64,000 bases of DNA from Octopus bimaculoides (taxonomy: Eukaryota): the NCBI RefSeq assembly GCF_001194135.2, contig NC_068998.1, positions 38,863,209 through 38,927,208 of the forward strand, written 5' to 3'. Both the position numbers and the translations under genes were made by a program. Positions 1 to 13,705 of this stretch are shown here, piece after piece. Position 1 is the first letter of the stretch; each line of letters starts with the position of its first letter. Below the pieces are notes generated by a model. It worked only from the letters and a program-made list of their open reading frames with translations, made no database searches and was not told the origin of the DNA.

Positions 1-1050
1 TAGGAATTTTGGTTCCCAGCGACATGTTTCCAGGTTTAGTCCCATTGTGTGGCACCTTGGGCAAGTATCTTCTACTATAGCCTCAGGCTAACCAAACCTT
101 GGGAGTGAATTTGGTAGACAGAGACTAAAAAAAGCCTGCCATGTGTGTGTGTGTGTGTGTGTGTGTCTTTGTGTCTATGTTTGTCCCTTATGACCAAAGG
201 TGGTCTCAGTTGGGTTGGTATTAAAAAGGTTAATGACTGATAATTACAGAAAGGAAATGAAGTAACCTATTTCACATTAAAAATAATAGAATCTAAAAAT
301 AGGTCATTGTAATTGTAACAACCTTAATACTTGTCCTTTGAATGGTATATGACTTTCTAACACATTAGTTAATCCATTAAGCAATCAAGTTGACAACAGT
401 TGCCTCACTTATTCCCAGATTAATTAATTGACATTTGGGATTAGCAAGAACATGATCATTACGATCTTTTGAATTAATGTTGGTTCATATAATTCTAAAG
501 TTTCTATTACCTATTTGGCTGTACAAATATTTTCATCATCATCATCATCATCATTTAGCATCTGCTTTCCATGTTGTCATGCGTTGGACGGTTTGACTGA
601 AACTGGTAAGGTGGAGAGCTGCACCAGGTTCCAGCCCTTCCAAATGCCAACCACTCCAAGAGTGCAATGGGTGCTTTTTATATGCCACCCACATGGGTGC
701 CAGTTACGTGACACTGCCATTGGCCATGACTATGATTTCACTTGGCTTGACAGGTCTTCTCAAGATCATTGTGCATGATACCTCTTATGCCCAACATTTC
801 TCGCAAGAAGTTTACACTCTGCCCAAGGTGCCACATAGTGGGACTGAACCCAGAACTATGTGGTTGTGAAGCAAGCTTCTTACCATAAAACAGTGCCTTA
901 GCTGGCTGAAATTTTTAAGTCAATGTCAACAGCATTCTTGTTTAAGAATAATAAATTTGTACTCTAGAAAAATATAGAGTAAACCATCAGATTACACACA
1001 CACACACACACATATATATACAGATATATATGTATATATCTATATCTATC

Positions 1051-1100
<50 letters not shown>

Positions 1101-1362
1101 CAGATGCACATAACCATATGCAAATACAAATACAAACATTCTGATGTTAACACACAAGCACACATACATTAGAGACAAATAAAGATCAATGAAAGGAGAC
1201 ACACATACACTCAAACACACACACAAACACACATTCATTAAAAAAATAAATAGATTATTGATTTTTTTCGCCCAAAAGTCTGAACAAGAAAATACTAAAG
1301 ATGACAGATAGCATTAACATGTATACATCCTGCAATATATACGCATATACATACATACATAC

Positions 1363-1409
<47 letters not shown>

Positions 1410-1763
1410 TAGATAAATATATATATATACACAAACACATTTATATGTATGAAGGTGTGTGTGTGTGTCTATCATTCTATATTTGTATATTAAATTTTAC
1501 TGACATTGTAGCCATTACTTAAAATTTCATAACAGTCAGATATTCTTCAGATGGTATTTTCCATAAAGGAAGCATTTTTTCCTTTATAAAAAAAGGATGG
1601 TAATTGGTATAGATGCAGGTATAGAAGTTTGCTCTCCAATCATATGGTTCCAGGTTCAGTCCTGCTGCATGGCATCTTGGGTAAATATCTTCTACTATAG
1701 CCTGAAGATGACCAAAGCCTTGTGAGTGAATTTGGTAGACAGAACCTGAAAGAGGCCCTTGGT

Positions 1764-1810
<47 letters not shown>

Positions 1811-1874
1811 CATGGTACTCAAAGAAGCCTGTCATATGAATTTCATTTCCTATGTTTCTGCCTCAAGGCTTTCA

Positions 1875-2290
1875 CTCTACACATACCATTTAACTGCGGC
1901 CATGCTGGAGCATCACCTTAAAGGGTGCTTTAGTCAAAGAAATCAACTCCGGGACTTATTCTTTGTGAGCTTAGTGTTTATCATATTGGTCCTTTTTTAC
2001 CAAACCACTAAGTTAGAGAGACATAAACACACCAACATCAGTTGTCAAGTGATGGTGGTGGGAACAAACACAGACATAAACACACACACACACACACACA
2101 CAAACACGCATACACATGAATATATATATATAACAGGCTTCTTTCAGTTTCTGTCTACCAAAGCCATTCACAAGACTTTGGTTAGCCCGAGGCTGTAACA
2201 GAAGACACTTGTCCAAGGTACCATGCTGTGGGAGTGAACCCGGAACCATGTGGTTGGGAAGCAAGCTTCTTAGCACACAGCCATACCTGC
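1875..2290 (-). mobile_element. CORE-type SINE
   Basis: Same family, full length. Confidence 0.85.
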
Positions 2291-2339
2291 GACTAGCATA
2301 GCATGTTTTTATATTTCTGGTAAGGTCAGCTAAGTTATA

Positions 2340-3560
2340 TTTCACTCTTGTAATAATGTGAAACTGAGTTTTCATAATTATGGTACATCAGACATACTAT
2401 ATCTATCTCATAGATGTGTGTTGTTTCATATTTATGGTAGATCAGCCAGGTTACAATTATCTCACAACTGTGATTACATGAAACTAGGAACTTTTTTTTT
2501 TTTTCATAATCATGGTAGATCAGACAGGCTAAAATTCACTGTTGTTATTGCAGAAAACTGTGTGTGGTTTCATAATTATGGTAGATCAATCAGGTTATAT
2601 TTGTCTCACATTCGTAAATATGTGATGTGCGTTGTTTCATATTTATGGCAGGTCTGACAGGCTATATCTATCTCACAGTTGTGATTATATGAAACTATGA
2701 GATGTTTCAAATTATGGTAGACCAGACAAGATATAATTCATTGTTGTAATTGTGTAAAAGAATGTGTTCTTTCATACGTATGGTAGCTCAGCCAGGCTAT
2801 GTCTATCCCATTGACTGTAATTCTCTGAGAATATTTGATCTTCCATACTTGATGTATCTTCAATCTTGATTTATCTTGTTATATTTACATGAAAGTATGT
2901 GCTGTTGGATATTTCTGAAAGATCAAGTTGGTATTATCTTTTTGTTGTAAATACATGAAGTGTATGCTATTTTAAACTTCTGACTGATCACTCAAGCTTC
3001 ATCCTACTTTAATTATGTTTAAGTGCATGCTATTTTCTACTTCTGTTAGATTAGCCAGGTTTTATCTCATTGCTGTAATTACAAATAAGTGACTGTTGCT
3101 TTACACTTCTGGTAGATCAATCCATCTATTTCCCAATGCTGTGATTATGTGAGAATACATATTTCCATGCATCTGGAGACCTCATGAGTGTTTTGTGCAT
3201 TTGGTTTCTCAGTCAGGCTTAATTTCATCATTATGATTATGTGAAGGCAACGCTCTGGCAGAATTGTTAGCACATCAGACAAAATGCTAACAGTGCTTGG
3301 CAGCATTTCCTCTAACCCTCTATCTTCTGAGTTCAAATGCCACTGAAGTCAACTTTACCTTTCGTCCTTTTGGGACCAATAAAATAAGTACCAGTTGGAC
3401 ACTGGGGTTGATGTAATTGATTTACCCACTCCTTTAGAATTGCTGGCCTTGTGCCATAATTTGAAACAGTGATTATATGAAAGTTTGTTTCATACATCTT
3501 TCAGACTCACCCAACTTTATCTGAACACCATTGCACGAAAATGTATGCTTCATATGTAAC
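2340..3560. repeat. Degenerate ~60-bp minisatellite array interrupted by a SINE
   Basis: Recurrent TTTCATA(A/T)TTATGGTAGATCAG(C/A)CAGG..TATCTCA..TGT(G/A)ATTA at ~60-bp spacing, 13 or more units. Confidence 0.8.
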
Positions 3561-3584
3561 AACACACATATCTTTTATCTTTAA

Positions 3585-3792
3585 CTCTTTAGCAATTAAA
3601 CCAGTCATATCAGGCACAAATATTCTACATGCTTTAAGTTAAAACTAGCCAGATCTGGCTTCTCACAGCTACTCTAGAATGTTAGCTTAAGCATTATTGA
3701 AAGCTCAAGGCTACAAGGCTACTCAGGGTAAATTCAAAACAATGTGAACAAGCAAACTTTACATTTGAGAAAGTAATCTGAACACTAAAGGG
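3585..3792. mobile_element. TTAA-flanked piggyBac-like MITE
   Basis: TTAA-CTCTTTAGCA ... CACTAAAGGG-TTAA. Homologous to 25715-25897, 32189-32408 and partial 31240-31370. Confidence 0.8.
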
Positions 3793-3799
3793 TTAATCT

Positions 3800-4170
3800 T
3801 TTATTTATTTCAGTTGTTTTACTACAGCCATGCTGGAGCACTGCCTTGAAGGATTTAGGCAAAACAAACTGACACAAGACTGTATTCTTTTTAAGACTGG
3901 TACTTACTCTATCAGTCTCTTGTGTGAAATCACTATGTTATAGGAATGTAAACAAACCAACACCAGTTGTCAAGTGCTGGTGGAGGGACAAACACAAAAA
4001 TACACATGCACACTGATATATATATAATGGGCTTCTTTCAGTTTCCACCTACCAAATCAACTCACAAGGCATTGGTCAGCCTGGAGCTATAGCAGAAAAC
4101 ACTTGCCCAAGGTAACACAGTAGGACTGAATCAGGAACCATGGGGTTTGGAAGTAAACTTATTACCACAC
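3800..4170 (-). mobile_element. CORE-type SINE (diverged)
   Basis: Same family. Confidence 0.8.
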
Positions 4171-4174
4171 AATT

Positions 4175-4765
4175 ATCATCATCATCATCACCATCATCAT
4201 TAACATCCATTTTCCATGCTGGCATGGGTTGGAGGGTTTAGCTGACCAGTAGGGAGCTGTCTAGAATCTAACTATCTGTTGTGGCATGGTTTCTATAGCT
4301 GGATGCCCTTCCTAAAGCCAACCACTTAACAGAGTGTGCTAGGTGCTCTTTACATACCACCAGCAGAGGTGCATTTACGTGGTACTGGCATAGGTGTGTT
4401 AATGCAGCACTGGCACAGATGCTTTTTAAGTGGCACCAGCACCTAAAAGAACAAGCCTGCTTGTGGGGAAGACAGTGATTTGACTTAGCTTGACATGTCT
4501 TATCAAGTACAGCAAATTTCCACATCTCCCGGTGCCTTCTCATTTCCTCAGTGAGGCCCAACATCCAAAGATTCTTTCTCACCACTTCGTCTCATGTCTT
4601 CATGGGTCTATCCCTTCCATAGGTACCCACTACACTTGGACCTCAGCACTTTGTTATGCAGCTGTCCTCATCCATATGCATCACATGACCAAACCAGCAC
4701 AGCCTTCTCTCTTACACACAGCAATGCTTCTGTCAGATCAATCAGACCATATTTGATTGCTGTAA
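4175..4765 (-). mobile_element. RTE-clade LINE 3' portion with (GAT)n tail
   Basis: Minus strand: WFGHVMHMDEDSCITKC..GRDRPMKT*DEVVRKNLWMLGLTEEM..WKFAVLDKT, then a 3' UTR containing GGAAGGGCATCCAGCT...CCCATGCCAGCATGGAAAATGGATGTTAA and (GAT)n. Confidence 0.8.
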
Positions 4766-5428
4766 TTAAACAAAATCACCATATAATTTCATGTAGTTGG
4801 TAAACAAGTCATTCTTAATCTTATTTACTATAATTCAACATGTTTCCATGGAATATAACTTATTTTCATTTTTAATGTAATATATAAAAAAATTACAACA
4901 TCAATATTCCATATTTTTCTGTTGACCAGAGTCAACAAGACTCTGATGAGAATCCAATCAGATTCAAAAATCAATTAAGGTTGTTCATCTTTTTTTTTTA
5001 TAGGCACAGGTGTGGCTGTGAGGTAAGAAGCTTGCTTTGTAACCACATGGTTCTGGGATCAGTCCAACTGCATGGCACCTTGAGCAAGTGTCTTCTACAA
5101 TAGCCTCAAGCCAACCAAAGCCTTGTAAGTAAATTTGGTAGGCAGAAACTGAAATAAGACCATAATATGTATGTGTGTATGTATGTATGTATGTATGTAT
5201 GTATGTATATATATGTATATCAGTCAGCAGTTCATATATCTTCAAAAGAAGCACATGCTGAAACATTAAAGCAGTAGCATATTTAGTAGATTGTTTGTAG
5301 CTGCTCTGAGACTGATCCTTGGCTTTGCACTTGTAAAGCCCTCAGTCTAACAAGTCACCTATACAACTAAGAGTGTTATAGGTGTGAGACCAATGGGAAC
5401 TCCCTGCCCATAACAAACAACCTTCTAA

Positions 5429-5465
<37 letters not shown>

Positions 5466-5689
5466 TTCATTTGTCTCCTGCTTGTCAACCAGTGTTTGTT
5501 TATTTATGTCCCCTGTAACTTAGCAGTCTGGCAAAAGAGACCAGAAAAAGTACCAGACTTAAAAAAAATATACTGGGGTTGATTCATTTGATTAAAAATC
5601 CTTCAAAGCAGTGCCCCAGCATGGCCACAGTCTAATGACTGATACAAGTAAAAGATACTTTTGTTGTACAGAGTACTTATTGAGCGATC

Positions 5690-6110
5690 ATTCCGTAGCC
5701 ATACTTTTCACATCACGCACTTTTTAGTATTTTAATAAAGACATGGTAGTTCCATATGAACTTACGCTTAAGGAAATGGTTCTTGAAATTACAATCATTC
5801 TTTCTAACGTAATTTCCTTTACATTTTTCAGTACGATCTTTGGATATAACGTTAGCTCAGTAGACGATTGCCTTATTTAGCATTGTCTGGAGTTTTCCTT
5901 CTTCTTGCAATAACATTCTTGTTCCTGAATGTTGTCCTCTTTAAAGAGTTTGTCTTTTCTAATATTAATGGTATTCCTGTAGCTGACAGCTGAAGAAGGC
6001 TTCCTGACAAACTTGAAGAAATTCCTACCCCAAGAGGATTGCGAGAAATGTGGAATGAATTACTTTGGAATTAACAATAGTAATTTCAAGAACTATTTCT
6101 TTAATCACAA
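5690..6110 (-). mobile_element. Penelope-like GIY-YIG endonuclease region remnant
   Basis: Minus strand: SYRNTINIRK..ECYCKKKEN..C..AIVY*ANV..FKNHFL, resembling the PLE CNCR..CPL..C..VYKA / FK.R..NH motifs. Heavily decayed. Confidence 0.5.
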
Positions 6111-7029
6111 GATAAGTATACAATCGCATACTAGGAAAAGAAATGTGCCATAGTTTACAATCCAATATTCTAAAGACAAGATAGGTTCAACTCTCTCTCT
6201 CACTCTCTCTTTCTCTTCCTCTATATATATACATATATATACACACACACACTTATGTATGTATGTATGTATGTATGTATGTATGTATGCATGTATGTAT
6301 GTATGTATGTATGTATGTATGTACGTACATATGTATGTATGTATGTTTGTATAAGTAAATTGGATAACATTTGGAGAGGTGACTATAGAATTCATTTGAG
6401 AATATAAGTTTAAGTGAAGTGTTTAAAGTGTGTTTACTTCCATATAACCTTTATGTCAGCATAAGCACTTGTTTAAATAAAAAAATGTATGTATGTACAT
6501 ACATATGCATCTATGTATGTATGTATGTATGTATGTATGTATGGCTGTACGTATGTATGTATGTATATATGTACGGCTGTACGTACGTATGTATGTATGT
6601 ATAGTGTAAAGAAAATTAACATTAAATAAGACAAATAAAAGAACACCGTAAGATCAAAGTTTGATAAACATTTTTGACACTTTAACAGAAGGACTGTGTT
6701 AACATTTTGGACATTAGTCCATCATCAGAAGGAAATCAAGGATGATGTATACTGGGTGTGAGAAAGAGAAATAGTTTACTCTCTCAAAAATACCATTTTT
6801 TTTTTTGTTCTACTCTTAATTTATTTTTCTTCTTTACCATGTGTGTAATATCTGGCACTTCAACTCTTCATGTCACAGATTTTATCAATTTCTAGGACAT
6901 GTATAACTTTCTGAACGTTCTACCAATTTCTCCAGACCTTTTACCATGGTTATGTAATTTTTGACCAATTTCTTTTATTTTTCATCTTCTTGAAGAATCC
7001 AAGCAATTTTCTTTATTTCTAAGTTTAGC

Positions 7030-7123
7030 TTAAATTGTCCCTTTGGCAAGTGTCTTCTACCATAGCCTTGGGCGAACCAAAACCTTGTGAGTGAATTTGG
7101 TAAACAGAAACTGAAAGAAGCCC

Positions 7124-7208
<85 letters not shown>

Positions 7209-7405
7209 TTGTGTGTCTGTGTTTGTACCCCTACCATCGCTTGACAACCAATGTTGGTGTGTTTACATCCCTGTAACTTAGAAGACTGATAGAATAAGTA
7301 CTAGGCTTACAAAGAATAAGTCCTGGGGTCGAGTTGTTCGACTAAAGGCAGTGCTCCAGCATGGCCATAGCCAAATGGCTGAGACAAGTAAAAGAAAAGA
7401 ATAAA
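7030..7405 (+). mobile_element. CORE-type SINE, 5'-truncated, with expanded (TG)n
   Basis: Same family; (TG)~40 at 7125-7206. Confidence 0.85.
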
Positions 7406-8591
7406 AGAATTATTATTATTGCATGAGAGAACAGTGCATGCCGTCAAAGTGACACAGGGATAGAAATACATGAAGCCCAATATATCCCTCATGACTATCC
7501 ATCTGATAAGGGTACACCAGGTGCATGCATTACAACCATATGTGTGCAACTTGGTGATCTCATATCATGATAAATAGTGCATGGCTTTGTAGGTGGGGGC
7601 CCAGTTAAAATTTTCTTCAGGTTGAGTATCCCATCCCACTCAAAAGGTCCTCATTTTACTATCATTACTATTATCTATATAATAATCTGCTTGTTCGTTT
7701 GCATGTTACACATTAATTAGTTAGTTAGAGAGGTGGGGTGGAGTGAGTGAGAGGTGGAGTGAGTGAGAGAGAGAGAGAGAAGGGAAGTGAAGAAAGAAGA
7801 GAGGAAGAAGTAGAGAAAGGTGATTAATATTAAAACACTGAGGTCACATGGTCAGTTGAAGAACAAGAGAAAATGACGACAATGTGCGGTGGGGTGGGGA
7901 GGAATACTTATGTGGATAAAATGTTAGCTGAAGGGAAAGATAGATAGAGAGAGATGGACAGGGAGGCAGTTATATTGACAGAGAGAGAGAGGGAGAGAAG
8001 GGGAGAGAGCGATGCAGGTGGTGGTGGTGTGTTGATATTTAAAAGTTTTTTTTTTTTATTGAACTAATGATTTTATAGCAGCCATTGTATACACATAAGT
8101 GCAATTATTTATTGTCTGCTCGATTAAAAAAAATGATATTAGTTTATAAGGGTTAATTTAATCTAAGCTCTGGACTCATAAGAAACAAGGTTGCAAGCTG
8201 TCCGAGGAAAGGATGTGCAGATATAGAACACGGATCAGTGGGGGAACAGTGAGACGATATGATAAAAAGAGGAAAAAGACAACACTGATGGAGACATGAG
8301 GAAATGAATGTAGATGAGCATCAAGAGTATTTAAAGAAACCTAAACTATGAATGCTATAAAAATACAAATCATCCTTTCTTTCTTAAATAGATCTTCTTA
8401 ATATTTTCCATTCAATGCAATTTCCTCATGTCCCATTAGTTATAATTATAATTATTATTGTTATTATTATTATTATTGATTTCAAATTTTGGCACAAGAC
8501 CAGCAATTTCAGGAGAGAGGATAAGTCAATTACATCAATCCCAGCACTCAACTGGTACTTATTATTATTATTATGATTATTTTTATTATTA

Positions 8592-8631
<40 letters not shown>

Positions 8632-8790
8632 GGCAGTGAACTGGCTGAACTATTAACACAACAGGTGAAACACTTAGCAGTATTTCATCCATCACTAAGT
8701 TCTGTGTTCAAACTCCGCTGAAATACTGGGGTCGATGTAATCGACTAGTCCCCTCCTGCAAATTTCAGACCTTGTGCCTTCAGTTGAAAG

Positions 8791-8827
<37 letters not shown>

Positions 8828-8896
8828 TTGTATCATCAGTATTTTGCTTTTTTGTTCTGGTTCTTGTGCTCATGGCTTTGATTATAAAGCATGCAT

Positions 8897-8927
<31 letters not shown>

Positions 8928-9686
8928 NNNNNNNNNNNNNNNNNNNNNNNNNNNNNNNNNNNNNNNNNNNNNNNNNNNNNNNNNNNNNNNNNNNNNNNNN
9001 NNNNNNNNNNNNNNNNNNNNNNNNNATAAAACACCTTTCACAACAAAGTTTTTGGGGTTTTTTTTTTTGGTTGAGATCAAATCTATCAGAAAATTTATTG
9101 AACATTTTTGTTTTCCTGAAGAATTTTCCTTTCATTTTTTTCAAAATAAATAATAATTCTTAATTGTTTGTATCTCTTTAAAGAACTTTTTTTAAATATT
9201 GTTTATGATAAAATTTTATTGCATTTAATTTGAATTTAAATATTTTCCTTCTAGTTTGAATTTGAAAATGTCTCTTTTCTTTTTCAGTTTTACTTTTTGT
9301 CAACCGCAATTTTCTTCTTATTTGTTCTTTATAAAGTTTTAATTCAAATTCAATAATTCAAAAATATTATAATAAAATGCTGATGTTTTTGAACCAAAGA
9401 AATTGTCAGGAAAAAATTACAATAGTGTGTTTATTCCAAAAGTTCACCTTAAAATTAATGGAAATTCTAATCTTCTGCTATCCCAGAAAATTTTCAAACA
9501 TACTCCCTAGCACCAAAATCTGGTGATAGGCCTACTCATAACAGTAATAAATAGGATTAATAATTATAAAAACTCTTGATGTTCCATAGTAACATGACAA
9601 GTGAATGTTCTTAGTTTTCACAGTTAACATTTAGAATAAGCAGCAGAACGATCCCAATCTATGGAGTAAGGGTTTATCCTCATTAA

Positions 9687-9857
9687 CCCCTGGTCTACCA
9701 GAGAAAATGTATGCCACTAATTACCAACTGGGTCCAATGGACCCAATATTTTTCTTTTAATTAAATTTTATTCAGACTACCACTATTTCTTAGCTACATT
9801 ATAAAGCAACTATAAAAACTGAAATGGGTCCATTGGACCCATTGGTAGATAGAAGGA
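9687..9857. mobile_element. Second TTAA-flanked MITE
   Basis: TTAA-CCCCTGGTCTACCA...TGGTAGATAGAAGGA-TTAA with subterminal inverted GGGTCCA(A/T)TGGACCCA. Confidence 0.55.
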
Positions 9858-10383
9858 TTAATAACTTTAAAATATTAATATTGGTTTCAAATTTTGGTAG
9901 AAGGCCAGAAATTTAGAGGTACGGGTGAAGTTGATTACACCAACCCCAGTGCTTAACTGGTACTTATTTTATCAACCCTGAAAGGATAAAAGGCAAAATT
10001 GACTTCAGTGGAATTTGAACTCAGAACAATTCTGCCAGCTCACCATCCTACTTAACACCTTAATATTAAAATAGTAGTTTCAAATTTTGGCACAAGGCTG
10101 GCAGTTTTGGAGAGGGGCTAGAGTCAATTATATTGACCCCAATGCTCAGTAGGCACTTATTTTATTGACCCTGAAAGGTGTGCTAGTGATTCTGCCAGCT
10201 TGCCACTCCAATGTTAATATTAAAATATTAATATTGCTTACAAACCACATGGTTCCGGGTTCAGTCCCACTGCGTGGCACTTTGGGCAAGTGTCTTCTAC
10301 TATAGCCGACCAAAGCCTTGTGAGTGGATTTGGTAGACAGAAACTGAAAGAAGCCTGTCGTGGTGAGTGAAATTGTTGTAAAT

Positions 10384-10527
10384 AGAATTATGAGCTTTCA
10401 CCATATATTGACTTTAGAAAATTGTCTAATATAAGCCCCTATAATAGAAAAAAAACAGGCGTTAGTACAAGTACTACTGCCTATTGCTATTTTTTATATT
10501 CAATATATGGTGAAGACCCATAATTCT
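10384..10527. mobile_element. MITE with 28-bp imperfect terminal inverted repeats
   Basis: AGAATTATGAGCTTTCACCATATATTGA (10384-10411) versus the reverse complement of 10500-10527, 3 mismatches. Confidence 0.55.
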
Positions 10528-10534
10528 GCTTTCC

Positions 10535-10656
10535 AACGACATGGTTCTCGGTTCAGTCCCACTGCATGGCACCTTGAGCAAGTCTCTTCTACTATAGCCT
10601 CAGACTGACCAAAGCTTTGTGAGTGGACTTGGCAGCTGGAAACTGAAAGAAGCTAA

Positions 10657-10691
<35 letters not shown>

Positions 10692-10935
10692 GTGTGTGTG
10701 TCTGTGTGATTTTGTGTCTGTGTTTGTCCCCCGCTACCACTTGACAAGCAATGTTGGAGTGTTTATGTCCCCGTAACTTAGCAGTTTGGCAAAAGGGGAC
10801 AACAAAATAAGTACCAAGCTTTAAAAAAAATAAGTTCTAGGGTTGATTCATTCAAAAATGAATTCTTCAGAGTGGTGCTCCAGTATGGCCACAGTCAAAC
10901 ACGATTGAAACTAGTAAAAGGCAAAAGATAAAAGG
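10535..10935 (+). mobile_element. CORE-type SINE
   Basis: Same family. Confidence 0.8.
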
Positions 10936-12001
10936 TTATAATTAATATTATAGTAGGCATTTTATTTTGTTATCTTTAGGGTTTTTTTTGGTGATCATGA
11001 ACTGCTATGCTAAGTTTATAATTCTTACATTGTTTTAAGTGAATGCTAAACTGTTTTCAGTTAAATTGCTTCCATGAGTTTTTGTGCCACACTGATAAAG
11101 AAAATGCTTATGTAAGAAATGGAACAGAGTAAGAAATGAAACAACAGTGAAATATTTTATTTAATTTTTGATTTAAACAGCATAGACAAACAACTTTTTC
11201 CAAACTAGCAACACTAACACATTAGCTTTGTTGGAATAGCTTTATGAAATTATTCCTTTAATGTTTTTTATTCCTTGAATGACTATACTTTGGTTTGAAA
11301 ACTTTAATCTGATCCTTGAATTGGAAATTATATTAAAAATATTCTGCAGTTGTTACAATCATATTTACTCATAATAATGAAGCTCTGTCTAAAGACTCAA
11401 AAGGAATGTCAATAAATTCAATAAAGCACTAAAGTGGATATCAAAAATACAGACTCAAAGAAAAGTGATTGGATGATGTGCATTAATATCGGTTTCAATT
11501 TTTGGCACAAGGCCAGCAATTTCAGGGAGAGGTAAGTTGATTATATCAACCCCAGTGCTCAACTGGTACTTTTTTTATTGACCCCGAAAGGATGAGAGGT
11601 AAAGTAGGCCTTGGTGAAATTTGAATGCAAAATGTGAAAAGAGACAAAATGACTATGAAATCTGTAAAATCAAAAGCTATTAAACTATTTTACAATGTTA
11701 AGTTTGTCAACAAAAATTCCTGAAATATGCATATACATCCATTATCTACTTTTCCATCTTCGATTGCCTTGTTGTTGTTCACATTAGACATATTCAGATA
11801 TGAAACATCCTAACAAATCTGTGCTGGCAATAATTTCCATAGAAAATCTGTAGAGGCAACTTAAACATGGTGAACTCCCCTGTCGTAGACAACAAGTGAA
11901 GGTTCCATAATTCCCTACTGAACAACCTGCACAGATGACCTATTTATAGTGACCAAATGTTTGTGCTGTGCAGTAGCTCACACTCTCCATTAAATCAACA
12001 T

Positions 12002-12216
12002 TTATTTCTTTATTGCCCACAGGGGACTAAACATAGAGGAGACAAACAAGGACAGACAAAGGGTTTAAGTCGATTACATTGACACCAGTGCGTAACTGGT
12101 ACTTATTTAATCGACCCCGAAAGAATGAAAGGCAAAGTCGACCTCGACAGAGTTTGAACTCAGAACGTAAAGACAGACAAAATACCGCTGAGCATTTCGT
12201 CCGGCGTGCTAACGTT
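12002..12216 (-). mobile_element. Second SINE family copy
   Basis: Reverse complement of 53670-53899. Other copies near 3240-3470, 8470-8790, 9880-10200, 11490-11650, 12850-13050, 16140-16370, 19860-20065, 29580-29800, 30400-30700, 31680-31830, 37050-37270, 42080-42290, 43770-44170, 45480-45640, 47630-48080, 58610-58760 and 59830-60000. Confidence 0.85.
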
Positions 12217-13705
12217 ACCTGAACAGGTGCTTTCAGAGTAACATGAAATGAATTGTTTTGTTCAAGAATACAACTTACCACTCACTCTGAGAACTGTGAA
12301 TAGAACACCCTAACTACTAGGCCTCAAACATACATAGATAGATAGATACACATTACCAACCCTGTTGAAGATATGCCTATGTTGATGATTCATTTTCACA
12401 GTACCAAAAGGTAGTTAGAGCTGGCCACCATGTTTCAGTGGGACATTGGAAAGAATTTTAGTTAGGATGTATGTTCGTAGTAGTTAGACAATCAAGGAAA
12501 GATTGTTGACTTAACAAAGAATATGGATATATATATATATGCATACACACATACATACACAGGTACACATATACATGCACACACACATACATACACAAAT
12601 GATTAATATGTACATACCAGATGTCAGACGCGTTATGGAGCCGCTGCTATAATCCATTTTCCAAAGGCTTTTCTGTTTTCAGAAGTGTCTCAGCAGTGGT
12701 CTCATGAAGCTCCTTCCAGAGTTCCTCATGAGAAGTGCGTGAGGTCGGCAATGTCTCAATCTTGTAATGGTAATGCACTGATCCAAACATTTTGTGTTGT
12801 TATGATTCTATATATATCTGACGTTCAAATCTCAATCAATTAAATTAATATTGGCTTCAAATTTTGGTGCCAGGCCAGTAATTTCAGGAGAGGGGACTGG
12901 TCAATCACATCAACCCCAGTGCTTAATTGGTGCTAATTTTATAGACTCCTGAAAAGATGAAAAGCAAAGTCGAACTCAGACCATATAGACGGATGGAATG
13001 CTGCTGAGCGTTTTGCCCAGCTGCAAAGAATTTAGACAGCTTGCTACCTTAATCAATTAAAATAATATTAATAACCAATAAGTTCACATCCATAATCAAT
13101 AGGTTAATATCCGTAACCAATAATTTACTATCAATAATCAATAAAATATAAACACAGGTCTAGAGAACAAAACCTTTTGAAAATTGTTTTGATAATTGTA
13201 TGTTACTTTATACATTTTTGAGGTATTAGTTTGGAATATCAAAAAAGCTCTTTCCCATTACCTAAGGTTTTGACACAATTTAATGATCAAATATACCATC
13301 ATTTGTAGGTAAGTCCACATACGGTAGGACAAAATGAAACTTTAGTGAGAGTGGTCACTAATTTAAAGTAGGAAAGTGTTTGTGACAAAGTCCATTAAAT
13401 GTGCTTTTGAGAAGCATGTGTAATGAATGCCAGAAGGTAGTTTTTAAATGAAACATTGTAACTTTATTAAAATAGAATTGAATGCTGACAAGTAGTAAAA
13501 GTGTGTAGCTTGTATGTATATGTGAGTCAGGTAAAGTATTATAACTTACTTTTGCACAAAATGATTCTGTTGGAAGCCATTGTAAGCTAATAGGAACAAA
13601 GCTAGCTTAAACGAAAATATACAGTTCTTTATGAAGCAGAGTTGTGGCTGATGTCATCCAGACCTTTCAGAAGCAAAGTTAGCATAAATAAACTAAATTG
13701 TTCAG

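Noticed and set aside
2340-3150. CRISPR-like repeat-spacer array
   Set aside because: Units vary along their whole length with no invariant repeat and unique spacer, the context is eukaryotic, and there are no cas genes.
11061-11111. 51-nt candidate exon (LNCFHEFLCHTDKENAY)
   Set aside because: Splice-like ends only; no homology and no compatible neighbouring exon.
12607-12843. GC-richer stretch with open frames on both strands
   Set aside because: No recognisable protein and ambiguous splice sites and strand.
13267-13308. 42-nt segment with good acceptor and TAG|GTAAGT donor
   Set aside because: Stops in all three frames; cannot be called without transcript data.
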